From Epiperipatus broadwayi (taxonomy: Eukaryota > Animalia > Onychophora): a stretch of DNA of 64,000 bases. The DNA lies in assembly GCA_028023455.1 (NCBI GenBank), contig JAQFVV010000002.1, positions 11,718,001 through 11,782,000 on the forward strand, given 5' to 3'. Under the pieces are notes generated by a model, which did not search any database, was not told the DNA's origin, and saw nothing but the letters and a program-made list of their open reading frames with translations. Below, in pieces: positions 61,701 through 64,000 of this stretch. Positions within the stretch are counted from its first letter, which is position 1; each line of letters opens with the position of its first letter. The position numbers and the translations under genes are program-made.

Positions 61701-62699
61701 TTTCAGAAACATTTTCTACATAATAAGTTAACAGACCACATCATAAAATATCAAATAAGCAGAAAAATGGAACAGCATGTTCTAGAAGTGGACGTCTTTG
61801 TTGCTCATACATTAGTTCTTTTATTATTTGAGTTAGAACAATATTTATTTACAAGTCATTGATAATGACGTTTATTTTTAGAATCAGTTCATGAATGCTC
61901 ACTTGACTACTCAGAGGATCTCTACTATCTATTTAGTAATAATTAAACACTTTATTATGGGCACTGTAAAATGCATAGCTGGTTGGCTATGGCATAACTA
62001 TCTAAAAAAATCCTAAGCCTGATTGTGATTTAGAAAAAAAATTAATATTTAGATAATACAAATCACCTCTGAAAATATTTTTTTCACTATCTTCTTATCT
62101 GATACATTTTATATGTTTTTCCAAAAAAAAAACCCTCATTTTTAAAAGATTTTGAAAAGAATGGCCATCTTATCTTCATACCTGAATGCAATTATATAGG
62201 CAAATCTTAAGCATCCTATAAAGAGAATGTGAATATATTAAATTATTCACTAACATTTCTTTTTTATAGCCCATTAACACTTATGAATTATTGGAAATTT
62301 GCTACATGTCAGTATTAGAAAATATTATACTTAATACAACATTGCTAATTGAATATTAGAATACAGGACATGTGTGGAGGCTTGATAACCTTCTCCTTAG
62401 AATTACAGCTTGATACTGTGCTAGAAAAAAATTCTTGATTATTTATATTCAATTTTTATTAATTATAGTCTAATATTTTTTAGTAAATTACTGAAAGTAA
62501 AATGACATATAATCTGATTCCATGCATCATATCAGTGTTTTGGACGACTCACACCTGCAATTACCTGTCTAACAAATATTACTACAAAAATGTAAGCATT
62601 GATGAATAATAAGATTAAAGATTCAACCAAGAGAAAACAAGACCTAAAAATTGAAAAATATAAAATTGGAAATGAAATAATAGTAGATAAATAAAAAAC

Positions 62700-63640
62700 T
62701 ATAAAATCAACAGCTATTCAAATTAATGGGGCTTCATTTTTGTTGATACAATCTGTTTTCTTAGAATTTCAATGGCTCCTTTTATTTTTTTGTGTGGAGA
62801 ACACTACATCTGAATGAATCCTAATCCTAGTACTTGAAAAATCTATATTATGATTATATCAATAGCATGAAGTGAGAAAAGCATTGATGTCATACCCACA
62901 TAAAGTGCTCCATAAACTCTACATGGGATTACATCCACTCCAGCATCAAGAAACATTGAATCTTCAGACTTGAAAAGAAATTTATCATTTTTTTTAATTA
63001 GTAGTATCTGCTGTTTTTATACTATAGCCATTTTAAAATATATAAAATGCTGTCTGTAGTTCCTTTTGAATGAAGAATACAGACTCTAATACTCATGAGT
63101 TTTTTTTTTCTATTGGTTTTTCATTATGACTGGTTTGGACCTGAATTAAGGCTATGTTTATAATTTCATTACTATAACCATTAGCTACTTATATGATTTA
63201 TTTTTCTTTTAGATGATTTTTCTGAAAGGTTAAATTCTTTAATGAAGATAGTTTAGGCTATCCAAAAGACCTGAACTGGGTGTTGATGGGATGAAAATAG
63301 TATCTATATGTATGTACAGGTTGTCTGAAAATTGAAAAAGTAAAAAATTATTCTGTTCTTTTATTTATTTGGTGATGAGTACATCCATGAAGGAAAGTTT
63401 CTGATCAATCTCTGTGTTCATATCTTAGAAGAAATAATATAGTTTATCTTTGCCATGTTGACAGACATCAAATTCGTCATTTATATACCTGAGCCAAATA
63501 AAAGATTTCAAAGATGTTGACTCTAAAGTACAAATCTCTATGTACTCCAAAAACAGATCAGCAAATAGTCCTGAGATGGGAGAGTCTATCGAATACCAAA
63601 AATCTGTTAATAATGTTTCTCACTATACATAAAATAAATG
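62700..63640 (-). mobile_element. Decayed PLE RT + GIY-YIG
   Basis: SPISGLFADLFLEYIE..WLRYINDEF..QHG; GVDVIPCRVYGALYVGMT; IDFSSTRI. Confidence 0.8.
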
Positions 63641-63659
63641 TTTAAAAGATAATTATAAG

Positions 63660-64000
63660 CAGATTTTTAATACTCCAATGAATTCTACCATCTTGGGACA
63701 ACTTGCTGACTTGCTTATGAAATACATAGAAATTCATTTTTTAGAAGTAACCCTTTTATATTTAGATGACACATTTATTGTCTGCCAACACGATAAACTA
63801 TATAATTTCTTCTCACATATTAATACCATCCATGCTCATATTAAAATTACAATGGAAATAAAAATTGATGTAAAATTTATTTCCTTAATGTATTAATAAT
63901 CAAAAACAGGTCAGTTACAATTTATTCATTATTGCCCAGCTGAGATCTTTTCTGCAATCAAAACTCTCTTTACTAAAATAGTTGACCTTTCAGATAAATC
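63660..64000 (+). mobile_element. Second PLE RT fragment in opposite orientation
   Basis: LADLLMKYIE..LYLDDTFIVCQHDK..INTIHAHIKITME. Confidence 0.8.

Overview
This is AT-rich eukaryotic (probably invertebrate animal) genomic DNA with no intact long ORF. Most ORF-track entries are fragments of decayed transposons or chance ORFs. The window is dominated by Penelope-like elements (PLEs: RT plus GIY-YIG remnants at about 1-3.9k, 4.7-5.0k, 20.5-20.8k, 35.5-35.8k, 41.5-42.9k, 49.9-51.3k and 62.7-64k), RTE and other LINE remnants, hAT and Tc1/mariner-type DNA transposon relics, tRNA-derived SINE-like units and several fold-back repeats. A few weak candidate host exons lie on the minus strand. The main signal is RNA-structural: about 20 minimal type I hammerhead ribozyme (HHR) motifs, many decayed, in five sequence families that I label A-E. 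Each family has its own palindromic stem III. Family E is a non-canonical hammerhead whose C3-G8 core pair is replaced by A3-U8 at four divergent loci; three of them directly follow the GIY-YIG C-terminus of one PLE lineage. Families A, C and D are short non-coding HHR-carrying retroelements (A and C show 11-17 bp TSDs, terminal inversions and tRNA-like Pol III boxes), and family B is the terminal repeat (pLTR) of a coding PLE. A decayed HDV-like ribozyme fold starts at the TSD-inferred 5' end of a full-length RTE. All calls were made by eye without computation, so boundaries without TSDs are approximate and ribozyme activity is untested.
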